From the NCBI GenBank assembly GCA_027036135.1, contig JALVSY010000007.1:964880-1028879 (forward strand): a stretch of DNA of 64,000 bases, given 5' to 3'. This DNA is from Pyrodictiaceae archaeon. Lineage in GTDB: Archaea; Thermoproteota; Thermoprotei_A; Sulfolobales; Pyrodictiaceae. How positions within the stretch are numbered: the stretch's first letter is position 1; the number at the start of each line of letters is the position of its first letter. The notes below the pieces were generated by a model. That model saw only the letters and a list, made by a program, of their open reading frames with translations. It was not told the origin of the DNA and ran no database searches. The position numbers and the translations under genes were made by a program. Shown here piece by piece: positions 49,196 through 58,498 of the stretch.

Positions 49196-49894
49196 TTGAT
49201 ATTAGAGATTATAACAGTTATAGTTCTAATCGTGCTTTCGCTATACGATATGAGGACACGGGAGCTTCCACGTGGCCTTGTGTATTCATCATTATTCCTT
49301 CTCCTTGTGGGCAGAATACTATATGGCATAAGCATGCCTCATAAACTTCTCTTGATCTATGCCATATTCGACTCTATCCTTCTAGCTATGATGGCGCTCA
49401 TGGCCGGGCTAGGACTCATAGGGTGGGGTGACGTAGCGGCGCTCACGATAATAACTGTCTCGTCGCCAACACCTAGTTATGCGGCACGCATAATGCCACC
49501 ACTGTTACTCGTACTCATATACTATGTGATAGTGGTTGGAATCATAATGGTTTTCACAGCAATATATAATGTAATATTCCATAAAGAGGCATTATCAGAA
49601 CTACCTGGTCGCTACAAGGTAATATATCTCTTTATAGCTAGGCCTATGAAGGTTCAAGAAATACTCAAAAAGCCTGGATGGTGGTATCCATTAAACCTTT
49701 GCGGGGAATACAAGATATCATTCAATATATACCTAGATCCACCCGATATAGTAAAACAAGTGAAGCAAGCATTAAACAAGGGCTGTATAAAAAAAGACTC
49801 AATAATATGGGTGACCTATGGCTTGCCGGGTCTGCCAATAATAACACTTGCCTATATTCTTGCATTAACAATTGGAGATAAACCCTTTATATAG
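49196..49894 (+). CDS. Prepilin/prearchaellin peptidase (A24B, PibD/ArlK-like)
   Basis: SLYDMRTRE and GWGD catalytic Asp motifs; C-terminal IWVTYGLP. Confidence 0.88.
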   Translation: MILEIITVIVLIVLSLYDMRTRELPRGLVYSSLFLLLVGRILYGISMPHKLLLIYAIFDSILLAMMALMAGLGLIGWGDVAALTIITVSSPTPSYAARIMPPLLLVLIYYVIVVGIIMVFTAIYNVIFHKEALSELPGRYKVIYLFIARPMKVQEILKKPGWWYPLNLCGEYKISFNIYLDPPDIVKQVKQALNKGCIKKDSIIWVTYGLPGLPIITLAYILALTIGDKPFI

Positions 49895-49903
49895 CCGAGG
49901 AGA

Positions 49904-50431
49904 GTGAATGAAGCCATGACTCAATGGTTAAGACTATTATACGCTCCCTGGAGGTTCACGTATATAAAATCAATATCAGAGAAAAAGGATCATACATGCA
50001 TATTCTGCGAAGCCCCCAAACGAGACGACGACGAGTCCCTCATACTGGCTAGGGGTACATATAGCTACGTTATAATGAATCTTTATCCGTACAATACAGG
50101 GCATGTAATGGTTGTTCCCTATAGGCATGTTCCTAGTCTAGAAGACCTAGACGAAAGCGAGGCAGCAGAAATATTCAAGTTCATAAAAATATCGATGAAG
50201 GCGCTGAGAGAGGCAATGAATCCTCATGGATTCAATATAGGTGTAAACATAGGTAGGGTAGCCGGAGCAGGAATAGATAAACATGTTCATGTACATATAG
50301 TTCCTCGCTGGAACGGTGACGCAAACTTTATGCCAGTAATCGGCGGTGTTAAAGTAATATCACAAGACGTGCGAGAAACATATAGATTGCTCAAACCAAT
50401 ATATAAAAAGTACCTTGGAGAGAAGGTATAA
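49904..50431 (+). CDS. HIT-family Ap4A phosphorylase-like protein
   Basis: LYAPWR..Y, CIFC, NLYPYNTGH and HVHVHIVPRW motifs. Confidence 0.93.
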   Translation: MNEAMTQWLRLLYAPWRFTYIKSISEKKDHTCIFCEAPKRDDDESLILARGTYSYVIMNLYPYNTGHVMVVPYRHVPSLEDLDESEAAEIFKFIKISMKALREAMNPHGFNIGVNIGRVAGAGIDKHVHVHIVPRWNGDANFMPVIGGVKVISQDVRETYRLLKPIYKKYLGEKV

Positions 50432-50445
50432 GAAGAGAAGACATG

Positions 50446-50790
50446 TCATTGTTGCAAATATGCTTGAACTCTCCTGATAAATGTCTCTATGTCATTCAAG
50501 TTTCTTAGAATCTCATCACGAGCCTCGCTGAGCCCCCGTGTCCCAAGCCTCATAACTCTAACTCTTAGTGCTCGAGCATATTCAGCAAGCAAGTGGGCAC
50601 GATTACTGTATCCTCGAGCCTCAGCTACCCCGGCGTGATGGAGCTCGGTTAAAATGCTGTATAACTTACTAAAGTCGCGTTCTAGTGCACCACTCATCAA
50701 GGAGTAATCTATGTTAATAAGCTCTTGTTTTACAGATTCAAGAATAGATAGCGCCTCACTTACTAGGTGCTGAGCTTTCTTCGCATCCAC
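50446..50790 (-). CDS. Hypothetical helical protein
   Basis: ORF; likely GTG start at 50790 with AGGAG SD. Confidence 0.65.
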   Translation of the reverse strand: MDAKKAQHLVSEALSILESVKQELINIDYSLMSGALERDFSKLYSILTELHHAGVAEARGYSNRAHLLAEYARALRVRVMRLGTRGLSEARDEILRNLNDIETFIRRVQAYLQQ

Positions 50791-50995
50791 TTTTGCTCCT
50801 AAAAACCATGCGTCTACGCTCATAATCTGCAACCCTCTCCACCTTACCCGTCCTAATAAGCTTTGAAAGAATCTCCCGTACCTCTATTTTTCTTATACCC
50901 TCATGGCTGCCTAATAGTTTCTCATAAACCTCGTTGAAGGCTAGTCCGCGCTTACTTCGACAAAGGATTTCAAGTACCTCATGTTCTAGGCTCAT
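50756..50995 (-). CDS. Small winged-helix protein
   Basis: EVLEIL...LAFNEVYEKL...EVREILSKLIRTGKVER pattern. Confidence 0.7.
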   Translation of the reverse strand: MSLEHEVLEILCRSKRGLAFNEVYEKLLGSHEGIRKIEVREILSKLIRTGKVERVADYERRRMVFRSKSGCEESSAPSK

Positions 50996-51126
50996 GGCCT
51001 CGCTTCCCCCTTAATGTTGTTAGGACTGTCACGAGCCTTAATTAAGTAGCTCAACCATACTAGTGACACGACAACTAGGCGATAGGCAAGCGTAGAGTAA
51101 TATTAAATAATAAGCTATGGTGATGC

Positions 51127-51327
51127 GTGTTGAGTTTGAGCGAAATAGAACTCGAGATAGTGGAAAAGTATGAACTCTTAGGCGAGAAACGTTATCGGGT
51201 AAGGATAAAGGGTACATCAATATACCTAAATGTAGCCGCTAATAACGAGCAAGAAGCAATTAATAAGGCAAACAAGATGATAAAAGAGCTTAGTCTTGAT
51301 AAACTCGTAAGAGAAATATTTAAATAG
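51127..51327 (+). CDS. Small conserved hypothetical protein
   Basis: 66-aa ORF with GGTGA SD; YRVRIKGT...NVAANNEQEA. Confidence 0.7.
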   Translation: MLSLSEIELEIVEKYELLGEKRYRVRIKGTSIYLNVAANNEQEAINKANKMIKELSLDKLVREIFK

Positions 51328-51336
51328 TCTTGGAGA

Positions 51337-51588
51337 CTAAATCCTCTTTACTGCTTGCTTTGCTTTAAGAGATTCTTCGAACTCCTTGATGACTTCTCTT
51401 GCTGCTCGCTTAAACTCGCTTTCATCTAGTCGCTCAATAAATAATTTAAAGAATTTTGCTAGACAACTCTTGCTATGAAAGGCAAGCTCTATTCCAGCTC
51501 TTCTAATCACTATTCCCTGTCCTTCAGGAAAATAGCGTCCACACACTATGCAGCGATATCTCCGCGGCTTCGGCAACCCTGTTTTCAC
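51337..51588 (-). CDS. TRASH/L24e-like metal-binding protein
   Basis: CIVCGRYFPEGQG...FHSKSC; GGGGTG/AGG upstream. Confidence 0.75.
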   Translation of the reverse strand: MKTGLPKPRRYRCIVCGRYFPEGQGIVIRRAGIELAFHSKSCLAKFFKLFIERLDESEFKRAAREVIKEFEESLKAKQAVKRI

Positions 51589-51788
51589 CCCAAGGAGGCC
51601 TGGGACCTAACTTATATTAACCTATTGCATAAGAAATCTAAGAGTGCTAAATCTACTCTGGGGCCTAGAAAAGAAGTTAGCTACTCGCTTAAACCGCGGC
51701 TCTAGATGCAGCTGGCCTACCAAGTGAGTATTGAGAGGGGTGCTGCGGGGTAAAGGTATAGGAGTATGAATGGAGAGGTAGATGTAAC

Positions 51789-54644
51789 ATGAGTACAAGG
51801 AATGAATCACCGTTAATGATGCTAAATGAGAAAGTAGTAGAGCTCATTAAGAGGCGTGGATGGAGCAACCTAACAGAGGTACAGGAGAAAGCTATAGGAC
51901 CGATTCTACGCGGCGATAATGTTGTGATTGTGGCTCCGACAGGGTTTGGCAAAACAGAGGCAGCGCTGCTCCCAATACTTTCGCGGATGGTTGAAGAGCA
52001 ACCAGAGCCAGTTTCAGTGCTCTACATCACGCCGCTTCGTGCACTCATAAATGATCTCTATGAGCGGATTAGCTGGTGGGCAGAGCAGCTGGGCTTCATT
52101 GTAGCACGTAAGCACGGTGACGTGTCTCATGCTGAGAGGGCGCGTCGTTTACGGAAGGTCCCACACATCCTTATAACAACGCCTGAGAGCCTTGAGATAG
52201 ACCTTGATTGGGCTTCTCGTTTCCGTGTACATTATCGTAACCTTAAATGGGTAATAATAGACGAGGTCCACGAAATAGTCTCCTCTAAGCGTGGTGTGCA
52301 ACTGGCTGTGCTTCTTGAGCGTTTCAGAAAGCTTGCTGGCGATTTCCAGCTAATAATGATATCAGCTACAATAGGCAAGCCAGAAGTAATCGCAGAAGCC
52401 TTCAAGGGTAGCTCGAAGAGACGAATAAGTGTTATTAGTGTTGATAAGCGCAAAAACATTAAGATAACGATAGATTATGTTAATGCACCAAGTACTGAGT
52501 TCTGGAAGAAGTCGGCAGAGAAGCTACTAGAGCACATGGAGCCCCTTACACTAGTATTTGTTAACTCGAAGCATGTTGCGGAGAGACTTCACGAGGAAAT
52601 AGAGAAGAAGGGAATAGATGGAGTAGTTGTGCACCATGCGTCAATCTATGGTGAAGAGAGACAGAGAATAGAGAGAATGGCAAAGCAAGGAAAAATAAAA
52701 ATGATAATAGCCACGAAGACTCTCGAACTCGGCATTGATATAGGCTCTGTTAAAAAGGTCATATTATTTAGGCCGACAGGCACGGTCTCATCACTTATAC
52801 AGAGACTGGGCAGAAGCGGGCACAGTATCGAGGGAGACATTAGAGGCGTAATAATAACAACTGATAAAGTAGAGCTTCTCGAAGCGCTTTCGGAAGCCCG
52901 ACTCGCTATAAGAGGCGAGGTCGAGCCCCCGCGTCTTCCGAGAAAACCACTCGATATGATAGCACGAGCCATTATAGGCATGGCGCTCTCCGGCATGTAC
53001 ACGGTAGATGAAGCATATGAAACACTAAGAGAAGTTAGCTACTTTAAGGACCTATCTAGGGAGGAATTTGATCACCTCATAAAATACTTGATAGAGAACA
53101 AGATGATCAAGATCAATGGTGAAAACAAGGTAGTTCCGGGCTCACAGTTCTACAGAATATGGCGCTTCGACGCGGGAGATACAAGCAGGTATAGCTGGTG
53201 GGTACACAACTTCTCAGAATTCTTCACCACGATAGGCGAGAAAAAAGCATACATAGTTAAAACAGTTGACGGGAAAACAGTGGGTGAGCTGGACTCAGAG
53301 TATGTTATGAGGCTTCTTAGAGTCGGGCAGGTTCTTCGACTTGGAGGCAGGAACTGGCAAGTAATAGACATAGATGAGCATACAAACAAGGTAACAATAA
53401 CAGAGGCAAGTACCGGGACAGCGGCAGTACCCTTCTGGAAGGGACAGGGACCGCAGGCATCTAGCCTCGTTATAGGAGAGTTGGAGAAAGTTCTAAGTGA
53501 ACTACATAATGGTGGTGTGAAGCTCCCAGAAGGTATAGAGCTCACACAAGACGCGAAGAAAGCAATGATGGAGCTGGAGGACGAGGTTCGTAAGTATCGG
53601 TATCCTCATCCAAGCTCTAGGAGAATCATTGTTGAGCAACTAGCCGACGAGATAGCCTATATGATGCTTGCACCAGAGCCAGCGGTGAGAACACTTGCTT
53701 ACATAGTGATGTTGGAGATGTACAGAGAGAACTCCGAGACATATACAAAGATAACGCATTACGGCTTCGCGGTACCCTCAAAGATACTAAGCTTTGATCC
53801 AATAAAATTCCTAGCATCGCTAGAGAGGGAAGAGTTCGAAGAAAGGGTACGCGAAGCAGCTGAGAGATCACCTTTCTTTGTAGAGACTGTGCATAATATA
53901 CAACTAGTATTTGGTATAACACGTAAACTGCTTCCTAGCGATATGCTCGTATACAAAGAGGCTATACGCCAAACCATAGAGAACTACTTCGACCCCATAA
54001 ATGCATGGAGAATAATCGAGGGCTTGAAGAAGGGAGACATAGAAGTTGGCATTAATACTAGTAGATCAAGCATCTATGCCCGCACATTAGTTAAAGAAGC
54101 ACCTGAGAAACCATGGATAGGTAATGTACAAGACCTCGTAGCAGAAGTACTAAAAGGCATGGCATTCACTGTTGAAGAGCTTTCAGAAGCACTAGGGCTC
54201 CCAATAGACATCATAGAGTCGGCGTTACGTTCAATGAAGATGCCGGGTTCGCGGTACAGAGTGTTCAGCTTCATAGACGTTGATACCGGCGAGGAAAGAT
54301 GGGCCCTAGTAGAGGACGCCGAGGAGATTGCATCCTCAGAGGAATTCTCGTCATCGTTTACTCCGCAGAACAAAGACACGCTATACCTAATGCTCGTCAA
54401 GAACGAGACGGGAAGCCTAGTCCATGTGGTTGCGAGAGTAATCGATGTAATGAATAACCCCGAGACCATTATTAAGCAAATACCCTTTGAAGAAATATAT
54501 GAGCTCAGGGTGATGCCGCTAACAAGCTACTATGAAGGCAAGCCTATAAAGTACCAACTAGTCCCTAGGAAAATAGCCCCCCTGCTGCTGCTAAACGCTG
54601 CAGCAATTACACAGAAGATAGAAGTATCGAATCTACTAATATAA
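51789..54644 (+). CDS. Second Lhr-family SF2 helicase with C-terminal HTH extension
   Basis: APTGFGKT, TPLRALIND, TTPESL, DEVHE, SAT, LELGIDIG and QRLGRSGH motifs; FTVEELSEALGL HTH. Confidence 0.9.
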   Translation: MSTRNESPLMMLNEKVVELIKRRGWSNLTEVQEKAIGPILRGDNVVIVAPTGFGKTEAALLPILSRMVEEQPEPVSVLYITPLRALINDLYERISWWAEQLGFIVARKHGDVSHAERARRLRKVPHILITTPESLEIDLDWASRFRVHYRNLKWVIIDEVHEIVSSKRGVQLAVLLERFRKLAGDFQLIMISATIGKPEVIAEAFKGSSKRRISVISVDKRKNIKITIDYVNAPSTEFWKKSAEKLLEHMEPLTLVFVNSKHVAERLHEEIEKKGIDGVVVHHASIYGEERQRIERMAKQGKIKMIIATKTLELGIDIGSVKKVILFRPTGTVSSLIQRLGRSGHSIEGDIRGVIITTDKVELLEALSEARLAIRGEVEPPRLPRKPLDMIARAIIGMALSGMYTVDEAYETLREVSYFKDLSREEFDHLIKYLIENKMIKINGENKVVPGSQFYRIWRFDAGDTSRYSWWVHNFSEFFTTIGEKKAYIVKTVDGKTVGELDSEYVMRLLRVGQVLRLGGRNWQVIDIDEHTNKVTITEASTGTAAVPFWKGQGPQASSLVIGELEKVLSELHNGGVKLPEGIELTQDAKKAMMELEDEVRKYRYPHPSSRRIIVEQLADEIAYMMLAPEPAVRTLAYIVMLEMYRENSETYTKITHYGFAVPSKILSFDPIKFLASLEREEFEERVREAAERSPFFVETVHNIQLVFGITRKLLPSDMLVYKEAIRQTIENYFDPINAWRIIEGLKKGDIEVGINTSRSSIYARTLVKEAPEKPWIGNVQDLVAEVLKGMAFTVEELSEALGLPIDIIESALRSMKMPGSRYRVFSFIDVDTGEERWALVEDAEEIASSEEFSSSFTPQNKDTLYLMLVKNETGSLVHVVARVIDVMNNPETIIKQIPFEEIYELRVMPLTSYYEGKPIKYQLVPRKIAPLLLLNAAAITQKIEVSNLLI

Positions 54645-54678
54645 GAGCAACTAACACGGTTCCATTAGTTATGGGAGG

Positions 54679-54736
54679 GTGCGATGAAGATCGCCGCGAC
54701 ACTGAGTAAGTGATGAGGGTCCGTGTTTCAGAGCAC
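54679..54736 (+). ncRNA. Box C/D sRNA, predicted to guide 23S domain II methylation
   Basis: GTGC/GCAC stem; C ATGAAGA, D' CTGA, C' GTGATGA, D CAGA; D guide GGGTCCGTGTTT complementary to recalled 23S AAACACGG(A/G)CC. Confidence 0.88.
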
Positions 54737-54762
54737 AACCTTTTCTTAAATTTAGTATTTTT

Positions 54763-54843
54763 GTTAATGATGAGAACTCGCCCGTCAATGACCATTTTAT
54801 CTCTAGAATATGAGGGATGAAGACGTTATCCCCGGCTGAGGAG
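54763..54843 (+). ncRNA. Box C/D sRNA, predicted to guide 23S ~2446-2465 methylation
   Basis: C ATGATGA, D' ATGA, ~25-nt insert, C' ATGAAGA, D CTGA; guides CTCGCCCG and GTTATCCCCGG complementary to recalled 23S CGGGCGAG and CCGGGGAUAAC; the +5 rule gives roughly E. coli G2446. Confidence 0.8.
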
Positions 54844-54855
54844 AGGACAACGGCA

Positions 54856-55386
54856 ATGACAAAGATATATACTTACATAGTTATTACGATGAGTGTCAAG
54901 CAAACGGCCTCAATGGCCAATCTTCTCGCCATATTATCGGAAAACGAGCCTATAGAGCTAATAGACCATGATGAAGCTACACGTAGAATCATAGTGCGTG
55001 CTCCGCCTAGCGAGGCAGGTTATCTAGAACTATTAGTGAATAAGTATGCGTCGTCTGCTAGCTTTGAGGTAAAGGCTAGCATAAAGAAAAGCATTAGTTC
55101 AAAATACTTGGCGCGGCTCGGAGCAAAGTATGTGAGACATAGGAGACTGCTCTTTTACTGGAACTGCAATGGTGGAGCAGTATTCGGGGAGCAAAAGCCC
55201 CGTTCAGGAATATTGCTCAAGTATTGTAGAGAAGCAAGTGGTATAGATCCTGCAATGATACCCTACAGTCTCTGTAGCTTCAATCCATTTGAGCAAAGGA
55301 TAACCAGTATTCTAGAGAAGGCAAGACAATGCTTCATCAAGTTTGTTGCTAAGCTTAGTCGTAATGTTCCCTCCGGTACTAACTAG
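54856..55386 (+). CDS. Hypothetical protein
   Basis: ORF; start moved to ATG 54856 (GAGG SD) because the track start lies in the sRNA C' box. Confidence 0.7.
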   Translation: MTKIYTYIVITMSVKQTASMANLLAILSENEPIELIDHDEATRRIIVRAPPSEAGYLELLVNKYASSASFEVKASIKKSISSKYLARLGAKYVRHRRLLFYWNCNGGAVFGEQKPRSGILLKYCREASGIDPAMIPYSLCSFNPFEQRITSILEKARQCFIKFVAKLSRNVPSGTN

Positions 55387-55441
55387 CTTTATATTACTGG
55401 AGCAAGAACGTCTACGAGCGGAAAAGAGCAGGGGTGGCAGT

Positions 55442-55711
55442 ATGGCATCAGCCGAGAACGTCGTGGTAATTGGTAAAAAACCTGTTATGGATTATGTGCT
55501 TGCCGCTATTCTTCTCTTTAACGAGGGATACGACGAGGTAATAATAAGGGGACAGGGCTCAAATATAAGCAAAGCCGTTGATGTATACAATGCACTTGCT
55601 CATAGGCTACAAGACGGTGTTGAAATAGTAAAAATAAATATTGATAGCATAGAAAGAGGGCGCCGATTAATACCGGTAATAGAGATAATTGTGAGACGTA
55701 GGATAGCATAG
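55442..55711 (+). CDS. albA2: Alba2 paralog
   Basis: VVIGKKPVMDYV...IRGQGSNISKAVD...IEI; GGGGTGG SD before ATG 55442. Confidence 0.88.
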   Translation: MASAENVVVIGKKPVMDYVLAAILLFNEGYDEVIIRGQGSNISKAVDVYNALAHRLQDGVEIVKINIDSIERGRRLIPVIEIIVRRRIA

Positions 55712-55882
55712 CAGTTAGCATGTAAGTAGCTAATTTGTGTACTCCTAACCTATACTTATATAGTCATTGTGTGCCCCGCTCCAGTAGTTGTAATCTAATC
55801 TGTCTTGTCTTTATCCTTATTAAGACGTCCTCTTACCGAGTAATGGTATAGTAAAGAGTTATTGGCGTCGTAGGCGAGGTAC

Positions 55883-57205
55883 ATGGAGCAAGTAACTAGT
55901 GTCACTGTGCTAGAGAGGGTTATAGTTGCTCTCTTATCCGGGATGCTGATCGGCATAGAGCGTGAAAAAGCGAGGGTCGCAGCCCTAACTCAGCGAAGGA
56001 AGCGCTCCCGCATCGGTGTCGAGGAACTAGTAGTTAAGGAGTTCCCTGGTCTTCGCACATTCAGTCTTCTTGCAGTCTATAGTGCACTTGTGGGAGTCTT
56101 TATAGATGCAGGGACAATTAGCGGTATTGAGGCATCTCTGCTTATTCTTGGATTTGTCCTCGTTGTCTCGATCTTTGCTGCCTATAGGCTCCTTGTAACA
56201 CGGATAGCTGGTATAACGACAGTAATAGTTATGATGGTTGATTTCGTGATAGGACTTCTAGCGGGTCTCGGGTACATATTAATTGCTGCTAGTATTGCAG
56301 TATTAACTACCTTTGTCCTGGCAATAAAGCTTCCAGCGGAAAGATTTGTTGGCAGAATAAGCTATGAGGAGCTGCTCTGGGCGCTTGAGCTCGGCGTAAT
56401 ATTGATGGTTATTGGGCCATTCTTCATATCCTCTAATCTACGCTTCTACGGTATAAGTCTTAAAAGTCTCTACTTATTCTTCGTCCTCGTCCTCCTAACA
56501 TCCTATATAGGTTATATAGCGGCGAAGATCAAGGGTAGTGAAGGCTTCGCATATGCAGCTCTCTTTGGCGGGATAGCCAATAGTGAAGCGACCCTATCTG
56601 CTCTCTTGTCAATAGCTACTGGCGAGATACGTAGGATTGTAGCCTTCGATGTCACTATTCTCACGAATACAGCTATGCTTCTCAGGAATGGGTTCATAGC
56701 ATTCATAGTAGTCTACCTTGTATCAAACGGGGTAATTGCTCCTAAGGTAGCGCTTTCATTGTTCCTTGCATTTGCTGTTTCATCGCTGCCGATACTTTAT
56801 TCTTGGCAAAGATTAGTCTCTCTGCGCACCGAGCAGCCTCTTGTACAGATAGAGAACCCGTTGAGGTTTAGCACTGCTTTCAAGATGACTATGTTCTACC
56901 TGGTTATGGCGTTTACTGCCTATTTGCTTCGCCATATAGGTTCCTTTGGGCTAGCATTAGTTGTTGTAATAGGAGGTTTTGTATCAAGTAGTGCGACAAT
57001 ACTTGCTCTTACAGCTTTGCAGGGGCTAAGTGCCTCGACGATAGCGTTCCTAGCGGTGATAGCTACTGCCGCTAGTGTCTTAAACAAGCTACTATATGCA
57101 TACCTAGCAACTAGCGATGTTATTGTTCTTCGGAAAGTCTTGATAGCATGTTTATTGCAAGCAGTTCTCATGATACCCGGTATTCTTGTCGCGATATCTA
57201 TGTAG
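55883..57205 (+). CDS. MgtC/SapB-family membrane protein with DUF4010
   Basis: GMLIGIERE, PGLRTFSL, GGIANSEA, NPLRFSTA and GGFVSSSA motifs; many TM helices. Confidence 0.88.
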   Translation: MEQVTSVTVLERVIVALLSGMLIGIEREKARVAALTQRRKRSRIGVEELVVKEFPGLRTFSLLAVYSALVGVFIDAGTISGIEASLLILGFVLVVSIFAAYRLLVTRIAGITTVIVMMVDFVIGLLAGLGYILIAASIAVLTTFVLAIKLPAERFVGRISYEELLWALELGVILMVIGPFFISSNLRFYGISLKSLYLFFVLVLLTSYIGYIAAKIKGSEGFAYAALFGGIANSEATLSALLSIATGEIRRIVAFDVTILTNTAMLLRNGFIAFIVVYLVSNGVIAPKVALSLFLAFAVSSLPILYSWQRLVSLRTEQPLVQIENPLRFSTAFKMTMFYLVMAFTAYLLRHIGSFGLALVVVIGGFVSSSATILALTALQGLSASTIAFLAVIATAASVLNKLLYAYLATSDVIVLRKVLIACLLQAVLMIPGILVAISM

Positions 57206-57224
57206 ATCTATTAGATATATCGGC

Positions 57225-57761
57225 TTAGGCTGTGAAGGAGAACTGTTGATATACAACTACATGGCCTAAATAGACGAGTATGAGAAATCTCCGTACACCA
57301 CCCGCATATAGTCCCGCTAAGACGGGTGGCGGCGTATCACTCACGTCGGCTATTTTTGCGGAGAGGCCTCGAGCTATCTTAGCGACGTCGCGCACTATTT
57401 TCTTAGCGTGAACTCTACTGCTAGGACTAAAGTTGGTGCGGTAAACATGTACATAGCCTAGTTGTGCTAGTTCGTCAAGTAACGTGTTTAGAGGAGCCCA
57501 TCCACGAATAGGCTCACGTGGGGCAACAACCCTTATGGCTCTACTGCTGCCTACACTATTGAGTACTATAGCAGCTATTACATTCTCGACGGCGGCTCTA
57601 ACTACTACTGTGTCGGGTATGTACTCTCCACCTAGGAACCTAGATAGCTCCTTAGTAGCCCTCTTGGGCTCTCTTAGAAAGGATTCCACGAGTACTGCGC
57701 GGTTCTCTTCGCTAGGCTCCTCTAGGACTCTCCTATAGACCTCTATTATGGGTAGTTCCAC
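57225..57761 (-). CDS. Hypothetical protein
   Basis: 178-aa ORF, 3 nt downstream of the upstream gene. Confidence 0.7.
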   Translation of the reverse strand: MELPIIEVYRRVLEEPSEENRAVLVESFLREPKRATKELSRFLGGEYIPDTVVVRAAVENVIAAIVLNSVGSSRAIRVVAPREPIRGWAPLNTLLDELAQLGYVHVYRTNFSPSSRVHAKKIVRDVAKIARGLSAKIADVSDTPPPVLAGLYAGGVRRFLILVYLGHVVVYQQFSFTA

Positions 57762-57764
57762 GGC

Positions 57765-58358
57765 TTACTCACCACAAAGTACCCTACTAGATAAGCCCTT
57801 GTCATCTAGATCCGTGAGACTTGTACAGCTCCCGCCGCCTAGACATAGTATTGTGATGCCTTTGTACTCTACCGCCCCAGGGCCGCAGTCGCACGAAACG
57901 AGTATTTTCACTGGGTAATTATTAATAATTTCGCGTAATTCGTGTAAACCTCTTCTTCCACCAAGCAGGGATTCGTCGCAGATCCTGTATGGGCAAAAAT
58001 AGCTCGCAAGGATTATGTACCTCTTAGTCCCTCTCGCTAATATTTCGTTGAGCATTCTTTTCACTGCATTGATGTTAGCTATCGGATCTCTTCCACCTAT
58101 TCCTGCAATATACCAATTATCACCAATATATTGAACCCTGCTCTCAATGAATATTGTTCTCCTGTCAAGAAGCGTAGCTATGTAGTGGTCGTCGAAGCGC
58201 CCAGTAATGCTGTACACCTTGTCTATTCTATTCTCATCTAAGGGTAATGTCCCGCCTAGAAGCAGTACTATAGATTCCTCAGTACCCCTACGGTTAATAA
58301 GGTTATACAAGTGCTCATTGCCCCTGTTGCAGAGAGCTATCAGTCGCAAAGGGGACAA
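57765..58358 (-). CDS. Degenerate metallophosphoesterase-fold protein
   Basis: LLLGG...ITGRFDD...AGIGG...SYFCPY...RGLHELR: Icc-like layout lacking the canonical His/Asn ligands. Confidence 0.55.
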   Translation of the reverse strand: MSPLRLIALCNRGNEHLYNLINRRGTEESIVLLLGGTLPLDENRIDKVYSITGRFDDHYIATLLDRRTIFIESRVQYIGDNWYIAGIGGRDPIANINAVKRMLNEILARGTKRYIILASYFCPYRICDESLLGGRRGLHELREIINNYPVKILVSCDCGPGAVEYKGITILCLGGGSCTSLTDLDDKGLSSRVLCGE

Positions 58359-58359
58359 G

Positions 58360-58423
58360 CCCCTCCGCGCTACAATGTATCCTCATTCATGACCGTCTGG
58401 CCGCCCATCGTTCTTCATCGGGG
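58360..58423 (-). ncRNA. Box C/D sRNA, predicted to guide 16S ~1235 methylation
   Basis: CCCC/GGGG stem; C ATGAAGA, D' CAGA, C' ATGAGGA, D CGGA; D guide CATTGTAGCG complementary to recalled 16S CGCUACAAUG. Confidence 0.82.
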
Positions 58424-58498
58424 CCACGAATCAGTAACAATTACTCCTTGTTTAATATATGGTTACACGCAAAAGAGTGAATGGCTCGTCCTGAGCCC

